Source of the DNA: Lophium mytilinum
Lineage: Eukaryota
Reading direction: 5' to 3'
Length of the DNA stretch: 64,000 nt
Assembly (NCBI GenBank): GCA_010093605.1
Contig: MU004195.1
Location: 434,001 to 498,000, forward strand
Made by a program: the position numbers and the translations under genes. The notes beneath the pieces are model-generated. The model was not told where the DNA came from, searched no databases, and saw nothing but the letters and a program-made list of their open reading frames with translations. Shown piece by piece: positions 1-11,507 of the stretch; the stretch's first letter is position 1, and each line of letters opens with the position of its first letter.

Positions 1-869
1 CATTACAGGTCAATTTTGACGCTTTTGCAAGCCAGAGAGAGCAGCCACACATTCTTCTTGCCGCCTGCCCGTTTTCTTTGCCCTAACCCCATCCTCCTGC
101 CCATGAAGAACCCTCTATGCTAGTCAGAGCCGATATTTCATACCCACAAAACCCCCGCGGACTGACCTAAGTCACGAGTGCAACGTGTTTAGCATCCTTC
201 ACTTCCTTATCAGTCCTCCTTAGAATGACCCAGCAGAGTTTTGTAGACCTCTTTCCAGTGGTAGCCCTAGAAAGGCGTTGCTTCCCAGCCTACATCTAGA
301 GAGGACATGATGGATCATGGGGCTGAGGCGAAAGAAGTTTTCAGGGTTGTGAAGGTGCAAAACTTGGGCTGTGATAGCATGCAGAAGGAGATTATTTATA
401 GATTACGTCTGTACTTTTATAATGGGTATCTTTACAGACGAGAGTACGTAGGAGAAGGAGCAGGCTCGGGAAAGACGTGAATGATCATCGCATGAGCTTA
501 CAAAGCGTAGTAAACGTCTACAAGCCCGAATGGACTAGACTTTCTGCTTCGCCGAACGTGTATGTGAGCTAGAGGCGGCGTCAGTCGTCGGAGAGGAAGG
601 GGCTTGTGGACTTGAGAATGGAGAATGCAGCGGCGGCGATGCATTGTAATGCATGGTGGGGCCATCTCAACCACCCCGGCTTGAAATCAGGAGTAACTTG
701 TTCTATCATCACCGAAAACTCGCAAAGGGCAGGCCGGCATAGATGATGAAAGTGTGAAATAAGCGGCAATTCTTACCTTTGTATCTTAAACAGTAATATC
801 CACCTTCTCTTCGAACAACAAAACTACGAGCCTCATCTAGAACGTGGACATGAATTGGTCTCGTCCTTA

Positions 870-1984
870 TCATCCGCCCGGTGTCCCAGGGCCTAACTCA
901 TGAAGAATCCTCTCCGTCGGCAACTCGGTAGGCTCCCTCTCAGCCTGCAACTCCAGTAATCCACCGTTTTCTACTAAAACGGGCATCTCTTGAGGCATCA
1001 AATTCTTTTTCCCGTTGGGGGGGATCTCCGCGTACTGTACATCGGTCGTGGAGACCACACCAAGCTTACGCTGCTGCTATCTACGCCATAAAAGATAGCC
1101 CCATCCAAGCAGGAGAGCCAGGACAGCTACACCGACGCCAATTCCAGCTTTTGCGCCTGTGGGGAAGGCCGAATGGGGTTGCGGCGAAGTAGACAAGGTC
1201 GGTGCCGCTGTAATGGTACTGGTCATTGACGAGCTTTGGCTCGTGATGGTGGTGATGGCAGGGGCGTCGAACCTGAAGCCGGGGCGGTCGGTGCTATTCC
1301 AGTTTAGCTGGAAAAGGGGCGCCGCGAATAACATCGTGCTGACACCACTCAAGGGATATGTGGTACTCGTGGCTGTCGGAGTGCCAGATTCGCAGATGGT
1401 GGCGAGATACTGCGCGGGATCCTCAGTCGAGGCGGCGGACTGGCACGTTTGGCCCCCGCCGTAGCCAACACGCGAGGCACAGGTGTATTCGTTGTATTTG
1501 GTGTTAATGTGAATTCTAGCCACGAAAGGCGCAGACGAGGAAAAGGGCATATTGATTGAGATATGGGTGCATGAAGCAAAACATGAACATACGTTGGACA
1601 ACATCCAACAGCTGTCTCGCCAACGCCCAACGCAAACTGAGGCTTGAAAGGCGTTGATAGCAGTAACGATGTGGTAGCGAGTCCTTCCAAAGTTTGTGAT
1701 ATATTGGTGCATGCTGTGATATAGCCAACTGGGCAGATTAGTCCCGGGCTGTAGAAGCCCCACCCATTTAGCGGAGTTGGTGTCGTAATTGTACTGATTG
1801 CTGAAGGCCAGCAAGACGCCCAGTCATGAAGGATAGTATGGCACTGCTGAGCTCTCCAGGCATTGGAGCACGTCGAACATTGGAGGAAAGTCGTATCGCA
1901 GCCTGGTGGCGGGGTGAAAGTAGTTGTTAACGAGTTGATATTTATGCCTTGACCTGTGAGGGCTGTTGTGATGGCGGCAGCCAT
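870..1984 (-). CDS. Ser/Thr-rich, Cys-containing single-pass membrane protein (Mid2-like architecture); in-frame TAG at 1077-1079 just after the TM helix
   Basis: Exon 1984-1593 (LTTTFTPPPGC...GFYSPGLICPVGY...GCCPT), intron about 1592-1516 (GTATGT..TAG), then S/T-rich stalk and GAKAGIGVGVAVLALLLGWGYLLWRR TM segment. The same frame continues past the TAG into an ELP-motif tail ending at 870. Confidence 0.65.
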
Positions 1985-3237
1985 AAGTAAAGTGTGTATT
2001 TGGGATAGAATCCTCTGGAGATGTGGGGGTTTTTCCGACGTATACAGCGCCTGCGCGCGACCGGTGGATTTCAGCCCCCGAAGTTTAGAAGTGGGATGAT
2101 CCGAGAAGGCACAGCAAATGCGGAGCGTGGCGTTGTTGGGTCGAGCTCATTAGTCTAAAGCTGTGTTTTTCAGAGACCAAAAGCCACTCTTCTGGCACCG
2201 CAACCACATGCCCCGATACTTCGTACAGTACTAGGACACAAGTCGGATCTGATGAACCGTGCGTACCCCACCAAAGAACGTAGGGTGCTCGAAGAAGACT
2301 CTTGTTCACTGATCGTAACCACGAGATGCGTCCAGAAAGGGACTCCCTTCGTTTTGATATTGCGTGTTCTACCTGTGGCTTCAGAATCGCGCTAGTTCAC
2401 CAGACTGTAGAGAATCCAAAACTGTCCTAGGTTGATACATGCGTAATAAAGTAGATAAGTACATACTCAAGGTGTCGGTGAAAAGCACGGGCGGGACGGG
2501 TTAAGATTAACGGTCGACAGGTAGCGTCCGTGGTGTTAGAAATGGTTGGCCAACATCTGAAATGCCAATGATGGTCGTGTCCACATTTCTGCCTTGTTCG
2601 AGGCGACACCGTCTGAAAAGGAGACATTTGGCACGTGATTGAATAGCTCAGACCATCCTAATCAACCTCCTGTCGTTTACTCTTAACGCACCTGTTCGCT
2701 CTTCTAGTTCCCATCGCCAAAACCATCTCCTACCTCCTTTCAGATGGTAAAGTCTCCAACCTTTATGCCAGAGGATGGTGGCACAGCGCGACAAGGATGC
2801 TCCCCTCAGCTGCAAGCCACTCGCTTCTTGCAGCGGAATCGAGCCAATGAGGCTAGAAATCATCAACTGTCTAGGTAGGAGGCGTTTAGACGCGGGACTG
2901 CCCGGGGCTTGGCCAGAAATGAGTCACTAGGCACCTACATAGATAGGTGCTATAGATTAGCTCTCACCCCGCTCGAGACAACACAAACGCTAAACCCCAA
3001 GATTAGTGCGGCCCCAGACTTCGCAGTTCTATTCAAGCTGTGAGTTTTTCATTGCATTGCACCGTAGTCCGCAAGCTCCTAATTATTTCTGTTAGGGAGT
3101 AGCGGTGAGGGCTACGGCAGGCACGCGTTACCTCTTTTTTATCGCCTCACCTTCCTCTAGACCTCTTCTCTCCTATAACATCAATCAACATCATCACTCA
3201 ACAACATCAATCACTCATCTATCACTCATCTCCATCA

Positions 3238-3347
3238 CATCACTTACACGGCTCATTCATCCATCCAATACGTCATTCACACGGCTCATTCATCCAATAC
3301 ATCACTTACACGGCTCATTCGTCCAACACATCACTCACTTACACGGC
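3238..3347 (+). repeat. Four imperfect tandem copies of a ~30-nt unit (catcacttacacggctcattcatcc) upstream of the Argonaute ATG
   Basis: Copies start at about 3238, 3271, 3300 and 3332, between a TATA-like CCTATAAC (~3172) and the ATG at 3371. Confidence 0.85.
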
Positions 3348-3370
3348 CTGCAGCTCCCTGTTCCGTGATA

Positions 3371-6300
3371 ATGTCCACGCCAGGTGGACAAGGATTCAGA
3401 GGCGGCCGCGGGACGGGCCGCGGCGATCGCGGCGGCTATCGTGGCGGACGTGGTGCTGGAGGAGCCGGCCGCGGTGGAGGCGACCGCGGGCCTGTCCAGG
3501 AAGAGGTGCAAATCTACGTGTAGGTCATCATCGACATACAATGCGCAGCTTCTGACTAACACCGACTCAGACCACCAGACAAAATTATCCCAGCGCCCAA
3601 CACGCACGTCGCACAAGTCGAGGATGCCATCCAGAAATCTGCAGGAGGTCCAGATGCTCTTGCAGCATTGACCATGACTGAGGGCTTCCCTCATCGTCCT
3701 GGCTATGGTACCAGAGGCACACCCGTGACGCTGTGGGCCAACTATGTCGAGATGGTTCCTCCGCCGGAGCTCACCCTATATCGATACGATATGGCGGTGT
3801 CACCAAGCGCCGCGGGCAAGAAGTTGACGCAGATCGTTCGTCTTCTATTAGAAACAGAAACGATGGCCCAATTCCGCTCCGACGTCATCACCGACTTCAA
3901 ATCCACTCTGCTCTCGCGCCGCAAGTTGGCAAGTGACGACTTCATTGTGCGAGTCAGATACCGTGTCGAAGATCACGACGAACCCCGGGAGGGTGCAACT
4001 CAGTACCAGGTCCGAGTGCAATACACAACTGCCCTGTCTACCGCTCAACTCGTGAACTACTTGGAGTCCACTGACATTTCCGAACGTCTTCATGACGTGC
4101 AGCCTCTCGTCCAGGCCCTGAACATATTCTTGAACCATTACGCAAAATCAACCGGGAACCTAGCGACGATAGGAGCCAGCAAGACCTTCTCTCTTGGCCC
4201 CTCGGCCGCTAAATGGGATCTAGGCGCCGGCCTGACCGCCTTGCGAGGCTTCTTCAGCAGTGTCCGACTTGCAACCTGTCGCATCTTGGTCAACGTGAAC
4301 GTTAGCCATGGAGCGTTTTATGACGCAATACCCCTCGAGCAGCTAATAACGAAGTATGGAGCTGCACATAATAACAGCAAGGGAAAGCTGGCAAAGTTCC
4401 TTGAAAAGGTCCGCATTCGAACCACCCATCTGCCGGAAAAGAAGAACAAAGCAGGCCAGGTCATTCATAGGATGAAGACTATCTTTGGACTGGCCAATAG
4501 AAATGACGGTCACGGTCTACCTCATCCACCAAGGGTGAGGGAGTACGGCGCTGGTCCAAAGGATGTGGAATTCTGGCTGGACAGTCCGGCTCAATCGAGC
4601 AGTTCGTCGACAGCGGCCAAAGGTGATGGTAAGAAAAAGGGGAAGAAGGGAGCCGCTAGCGGAGCCCCACAGCCGGCCTCAGGTGGCCGATACATCAGCG
4701 TCTACGACTTTTTCTTGCAAAGTAAGTCTCCCCCACCACAACGCGGAGAGCCTTTCTCATCTTATTGATAGCTTACAACATTGCCATTGCCAACCCAAGA
4801 GTCCCAGTGGTCAATGTTGGCAATAGGGAAAACCCAACCTACCTTCCTGCTCAAGTCTGTCACGTCATGCCTGGGCAGAACTCGAAAGCGAAGCTTGATG
4901 CTAACCAAACCGCACAAATGATACGGTTTGCCGTAAGGCGGCCAGGGGATAACGCTACCTCGATTGTTCAACATGGGCTAGAGACTGCCGGCCTTTCTCC
5001 CCATACTAATCCCCTGCTGGTATGTATTGGAGTGCCATTTCATTCTTATCGCTTACCTTGAAATAGACAAACTTCAACGTTTCGGTCCCGCAAAAGCTAA
5101 TCACCGTTCTGGGGCGCGTTCTTACCGAACCCAAAGTCAACTACAAGCAAAAGAACGCTCAAATCCGGCTTGGCAGCTGGAATATGATGAACTATAAAGT
5201 CAACACTGCCGGGAATCTAAAGAGCTGGTCATACTTACTGGTTTCATCCCCCGGAAAGAGGGACGCGTTCAATGATGAGCAAAGCTTGACTGAAGTGATG
5301 GGAAGGTTGCATAGCACACTGAAGGACGTGGGTATCGCTGCAAGCCCACCGGCCAAAGGCAAGAAAATATCGATCACCGGGCCCGACGACCCTCAGCTCG
5401 AAAACACCATCAAAGGCGCAGCTGGTGCTGGGCTTGCCCTGCTGTTCATTATTCTCCCGAGCGATAATGCTCCAGAGTATAACCGGATCAAGCAATACGG
5501 CGACGTGAAATACGGAATCCATACCATTTGCAGCTTTGGAAACAAACTTGCCAAAGAGAACGGCCAGGACCAATACTTCAGGAACGTTGCTCTCAAATTC
5601 AACCTGAAGCTAGGCGGCATCAACCAACTTGTGGACCACTCTCGTCTTGGCCTCATCAACGAGGACAAGACCATGGTGGTAGGAATCGACGTCACGCATC
5701 CCTCTCCCGGCTCTAAGTCCAACGCCCCAAGCGTAGCAGGCATGGTCGCCAGCGTGGACTGCTGGCTCGGTCAATGGCCTGCCGTGCTACGGATCCAAGA
5801 CCAAGCCCGAGCCGAAATGGTCACAGACTTAGGCGACATGCTGAAATCCCGTCTGAAACTCTGGAAAGAAAAGGGAAAGCACCAGGCGTTCCCAGAAAAC
5901 ATCCTCATCTACCGCGACGGCGTGTCCGAGGGCCAGTACAGCCTAGTCATGGACTCCGAACTCCCCCTCCTCCGCAGCGCATGCGCGGAAGTCTACCCAG
6001 CCCCAGACCAGAAGAAGGGCCTCCCGAACATAACCATCATCGTCGTCGGCAAACGGCACCACACGCGCTTCTTTCCCACGAAATTGGGAGATTCGGACAA
6101 ACTCAACCCCAAACCGGGCACCGTCGTCGACCGCGGCGTGACCATGGCCCGCAACTGGGACTTCTTCCTGCAGCCACACTCAGCGCTGCAGGGCACCGCG
6201 CGCCCGGCCCACTACTACATCGTGCTTGACGAGATCTTCCGCCGCCGCTACAAAACCGTGCCGGCACCCTTCAAGAACGTCGCGGATGTGGTAGAGGATC

Positions 6301-6530
6301 TGACGCATAGTATGTGCTATGCGTACGGCCGGGCGACGAAGGCGGTGAGTTTGTGTCCGCCGGCGTACTATGCTGATATTGTGTGCGAACGCGCGCGCTG
6401 CTATCTGAATGATGTTTTTGAGGGGTCGACGGATTCGGGGGCGGTTTCGGTGGCGGGGAGTGAAGCGCTGGTGGGGAATGCGGATGTGCTGATTCATCCG
6501 AGGTTGAGGGATGGTATGTTCTATATCTGA
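3371..6530 (+). CDS. qde-2: Argonaute, QDE-2-like (RGG N-terminus, N/PAZ/MID/PIWI)
   Basis: Exons 3371-3519, 3571-4721, 4772-5019, 5067-6530 with GT-AG introns that join in frame. Motifs: RPGYGTRG, NVALKFNLKLGG, GIDVTHP, YRDGVSEGQ, VGKRHHTRFF, QGTARPAHY, PPAYYAD. Confidence 0.96.
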
Positions 6531-8082
6531 GCTGCTGTGCTTCTTGGGCGGACTGAAGTGGGATTCGGGGAGCTGAGCGCGGGCTGCTGCTCTTGAACCT
6601 TGGAGGTTTCCCGAGGTGTTGCTGGGAGTGGAATGGTTGGTTCATGCCTGCGATGGTTTTGGCGTAAAAAAAATTGGATTTATATGGATTCGGCCAGATA
6701 ATGACTCGGGGCGTTAGAGGGTCCAGAGGGCATTATTAGGTGTCCCAATAGGATAGGGCTCACAAGGCTTTTTCAGCAATTCGGTTCCTTTTTCTGTGCA
6801 TCCGGTGGTTGAAGGTAGACTTGATGTTCGTGCTATGAACTCCTGTGCACCTGGAGTTTACGATGAGGGACTTAGGGAAAAAGGACAAGAGAAGCACTTA
6901 GTACTTTCCAGGCGTCCGTAGTGAGTAAGGACGAGAGATGGAATATCAGTAACAACGTCTATATTGTGATTTAGTGACGCGATGGATGATGGTGCTCTGA
7001 AGAAAAGCATTCGAAGCTAGTTTTAGAATATAGTCACGTGGTACGTTCACACTTCGTACCCCAAACCGTGCTTGGTAGCCAAACGCATCTACTGAGTAAA
7101 AAGAGCCATTTCTCATGATACTATAAAAGACTCTCTGCGAACTATTGTGAGTGCTTCTTGTCACGTGACTTAGAAGCCCCTGCGACATCAACTGCTCCCT
7201 GTTGTGTTCCAGACATGAGACGTTTTACGATGCAAAAAATTGATTGGCTCGAAATGCACATTAATTCCTGCCAGTCTCGAATCTCTTCAGGCGTCATGAA
7301 TATGAATAGAACGGCCAAAACGTACCCGGGAGTTTTTCCAAATTGAAGGTTCACATATTCTAGCTGACTGCGTTGAAGTAAAGTTGAAGCTTCAGCCACA
7401 CGCTATGACGTCGATTCGCATCCTTCACCGGCCTCGAGGCCACCACACCTCGCTCTCCCGCTTATCTGCATGCTCACCACCAATCGCAACATTCACAGCA
7501 TCAACCACGCGACCTCGCACGCATGAGTGCCCTCACACGCTGCCAATTAAAGGGCCGTCGCGGCCCCGTGGACGGTCATGCGCTCACGGGGAACGCAGGC
7601 AGGGCGCATCCCAGCCTGAAACACAGCCGCCCGCAGTGAGTAGACGATGCCGCGTCACGGCGTCACAGCCAGCGGCGATGGGCGCAGAGGGCGGGTTTGA
7701 GTCGTAAGCGGGGGCCGTACTGCTTTGTTGGCGGCGGGGGGCTTCAGATATGTGGCGGTGGAGGGGTGAATAGGTATAGGTAGGGCAAACGGGCTGTGGG
7801 CTTCTTATGCAAGCTGCCTGGCCTCGTGCGACATAGGTAACCTATCGTAAACCCGCAACCCGCGGATTTCCTGTTTTCTCCGCTGCTGTTGTACATCTTG
7901 GTCGCGATCTTCTTCGAGTCGTTCCTTCCCCTCACTCTCAGCCTTCTCGAACAAAGTCACAATATCTGCTTCGTGCCAATCCATTTCCTCTACCTACTCT
8001 CTCTCCTACCTCCTCAGAGCCTCTCACAAAGTCACAAAAACCAAGCGAAAAAAGAAACGCGACCAACTGCATCACCCTCACC

Positions 8083-8691
8083 ATGGCCATCAACTACGCC
8101 CTCCCCCTCCGCATCATCCAAGGCGTCTTCGCCATCATCGTGCTAGGACTGACCGCCTACGTCGCAAACTGGTGGGGTGGCCACTGGCACCAGTTCTCGC
8201 CCTCCGAGGTCAACTTCCTGGTCTTCGCCGCCGTCTGGACGCTTCTCGCCCTCGCCTACCTCATCCTCGCCCCAGCCCGCTTCCCGACCGCGGCGCACAA
8301 GTATGGCATCCTGGCCGCTGAAGCCGTGACTATGCTGTTCTGGTTCGGCGGGTTTATCGCGCTGGCTGCGTTTCTGAGTGATAGGATTTGCTTTGGGAGT
8401 GTGTGTAGTGCGGCGAAGGCTGCGACGGCTTTTGCGGCGTTTGAGTGGTGAGTTACTTTTTTGACATGATGATCAGTGGGGTTAGATGCGGTGTCAAGGC
8501 TAGCTGTGGAGGCGCGAAGGATAATGTGGACTTTGGAAAACGAAAAGTCGATCATGGAAACAGGAAGCTAATCCAGTCACAGGCTCTTCTTCGCCTTCTC
8601 AACCATGATGGCCGCCCTCCACTGCTGGCGAACGCGGAATACCGGCGTCACAGGCCACGACCCCAAGGTCGAGATGCAGCAGGGCGTATAA
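8083..8691 (+). CDS. MARVEL-domain four-TM membrane protein
   Basis: LRIIQGVFAIIVLGLTAY...NFLVFAAVWT...EAVTMLFWFGGFIALA...AATAFAAFEW. Intron 8448-8582 (GTGAGT..CAG), last exon ends QQGV-TAA. Confidence 0.88.
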
Positions 8692-9229
8692 GCCCCCCAG
8701 CCTGCCCAAACTTTAGGAATGCGGCTCTTTACCTGGAGTGAATTGCGAGATGACTATATGGCTACGGAAACTGGGCTGGGAACCGACTGGTTATGTCGTA
8801 ATGAGGGCTATCACAACTTGGGAGGGATGCAGGCGACATCCACAAAGACTGGCTGCTTTGATGCGCTGCGGGATGCTGGGTGTTCAGGATACCGGTTTGG
8901 GAGGTTTGATTTTCGGGTTATGCTGCGAGCGATACCAAAATGCGATTCATTTTAGCTACTACTACTTTCCCACCCTTACTCTCCACTTTCACTTCTCTCA
9001 GTGCTTCATCAACATGTCCGATTTCCTTGCTACTGATCTGCTACTACTCGTCCGGTACTGAGCGACAGAGTCTACCTTGGTCGCACGTTACGGGCAGACG
9101 CGAAGGTGAGAATAATTACATTATGGCTTGAACACTACTCGCTGCAAAGACTGTAACTTCACTCTGAGACAAGCCCTACGCGGACATCTCTGCTAGTCTT
9201 CTTAGGAATAAGTCCTTTGAAACTATGAT

Positions 9230-10558
9230 CACGTGTAGTTTCAATCTTCCCGTGACCTAGCTTTGTCATCCTGGATCCGGAGTCTATAACTCCCTGCCCT
9301 TTGCCAACCTTTCATTCTTCGTGGTGGAAAAGAAGTCGGACTGGAGATTGCAACAAAGTTATTCCCTCTCCCCATGGCCTTGCAAAACACAGGATGAATT
9401 CCGTCAATGGCTGGATCTGGTGCTCGGTGTTCAATCTTCTTTATTGAGGTTTTTATTGGCGTTGAGAGTGGACTATCAACACATCTCATTCTCCAACACG
9501 ATGAAGTCGGCAGAGGGCTTATCCTTGATCGGTAAAGGTTGCATCGAGATGGTTAGCATCACTTCCCCATGAGGCCGAAGAGATTGACTCCCATACAGCC
9601 ATACTCCAGCTTCAATCGCTCGAGATGACTATCTCAAACTCTATGTGGCTACTATCCTCGCTTTCTTAGAAAGAAGCTCGCCATCATCACACTACCTAGC
9701 GTACCACCGCAACCTTCTTCCAGCTCCATCGGCAGTTTTCGTTCCTGTTATTGACACCCCCTACTCCCCCAACTCCTCCTTCAAACGCTACGCTATTGAG
9801 GTTGACACGCCCTCCAAGTGTTCATCTGGTCCTATGTGTTGCTCCAGCTCCAGCTCCATAAAACGGGCGCCTCGATGAGTTGAACCACCACAGCCCACCC
9901 ACACCCCATAGCAGCTGGGATAGTTTGTTGATGTTTGAACCTCCTCCATGTATTAGAGTCTTTCAGGGTTTTCTTTGGACCCACCACACCTCCCCTCCCC
10001 ATGTCGAAGAGAGGGCAAGCAGTTCTGAGCCTCCTCCATTCGAAACTAACAGAGCATCTTTTGACCCACCACACAACCACCCCATCATAAACTTCTCTCC
10101 AAGGGTCTGAACCTTCTCCATTCCGATGGTTGCCAGCTTGCGTTCGATCCACACCTCCCACCCCGTGGCTTTTAAACCTGCGATGGTTTTGCGCATCTTC
10201 CATGAAATTCTTTTTTTAGATTGTTGCAAGACTGCACCGCACCTCCCACTCCATCGAAACTGTGGTTTGCTTGTTTTGAACCTCCATGGATTTCCCACTG
10301 TGGCTTTTCGATCCCACCCCTCCCCCACGCCACGATCCTCCCACTCCATCCAGAGTTATTACCATCGAATTTGATCCTCCATCCGGTTCCAAGAGTGACA
10401 ATTTCGATCCACCACTCCCCCATCGAGCCCATGAAGCTGGCATTGCAACTTTTTTGATCCCCGAACCCCCAATCCTCCTTCCTCTGAAGAATTGACCTTG
10501 CAGCTACCAGGCGAGCCTTTATACCCCCTACCAAAGAAAAATATCTAGCTGCCACGTG
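9230..10558. repeat. Cassette cluster 1: one + and one - promoter/repeat-spacer cassette, convergent; the - cassette has ~17 spacers
   Basis: + cassette: CACGTG 9230, TATAA 9285. - cassette: CACGTG 10553-58, TATAAA 10523-18. On the + strand the array reads as repeated CCAT-N22-27-(T)TGAxC plus a C-rich linker from ~9726 to 10459. Confidence 0.85.
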
Positions 10559-11507
10559 GCGCACATGCCGTTCCCTCCGCACGACCACGTTCCCCTCACT
10601 CACCGCCTCTCCTACCTCCATCACAAGTCACCGACCACATCACGCGTCACAGACCACATCACGCATCACTCAATCCAACCCCAAACTCCTTGATTCCCGC
10701 ACCCATCGCATTCCTATCTAAACACACCCTACAGTTACACCCCCATCCACCCCCAAACCCCCCGCTTCCCTCACCACACGCACATCCCCCCCACCACATC
10801 GCCAGAGCATTCCAGCATCTGACTCCGCAGCAAAGAGTCCTAGCACGCACGACAAAAGCTATCGACTCCAGAGAGCTAGCAGCAGGTAGAGGCACCAATC
10901 AGGAAAGAAAGTATTATGCAAAGAAAACCGCCCCGCTCAGAAACTCTCAATTCGTCTCATCGCTCAAAAACCCCGCTCATTAAAGAAAGAAGAGAGACCA
11001 GACCAACTTTTCCCCCGTGCATCGCTTCCGTAATCCCCGCTTCCGTTCGTTTGTAGGATAACAAACGTTAGACCGGTAATTAAAGCCCTCCCGCTATGCC
11101 AAATCCCAGCCCTCCGTTGCCAAAAAGACCCATCATCGATCATGAGTGCTCGAAAAGGAAATTCGTTTCGTACCGGGGGTTTGCAAGGCCATGTGTCGGT
11201 CGGTCGGGAGTCAAGGAAGTATGCAAGGTAGCAGTCGGCCAGTCACCAGAAAAGAAAAGTGTGTGCAAAAGACAAAATGAAAAGAGAATCCTTACGCTTA
11301 TGCAAAGAAGCTTCCGCTCGAGGCGAGAAGTATGCTTCCCGTGCAAATCATTCACACTTCATCCGCTGTGCGAAGTCTCAGCCGGCATTTTTCAGCGCGA
11401 CTGTGACCAACACCCGCAAGAAGCCATTCTGATCCCATCCCCATTACCACTCCGTCGATTCTCCCCTCGTGCTTTTGGTAGTGTTGTAGTGAAGAAACAC
11501 CCAGCTC

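Noticed and set aside
7035..7330. CACGTG (7035, 7162) and TATAAAA (7122) as another cassette
   Set aside because: Spacing is atypical and no G-rich linker or TC-N23-ATGG units follow.
9832..10624. Short W/G-rich or P/H-rich ORFs over the arrays (also 30296-30726 and 38088-40918) as repeat-peptide precursors
   Set aside because: The recurring ATGG falls in different frames, repeats translate differently from unit to unit, and there are no signal peptides or KR cleavage pattern.
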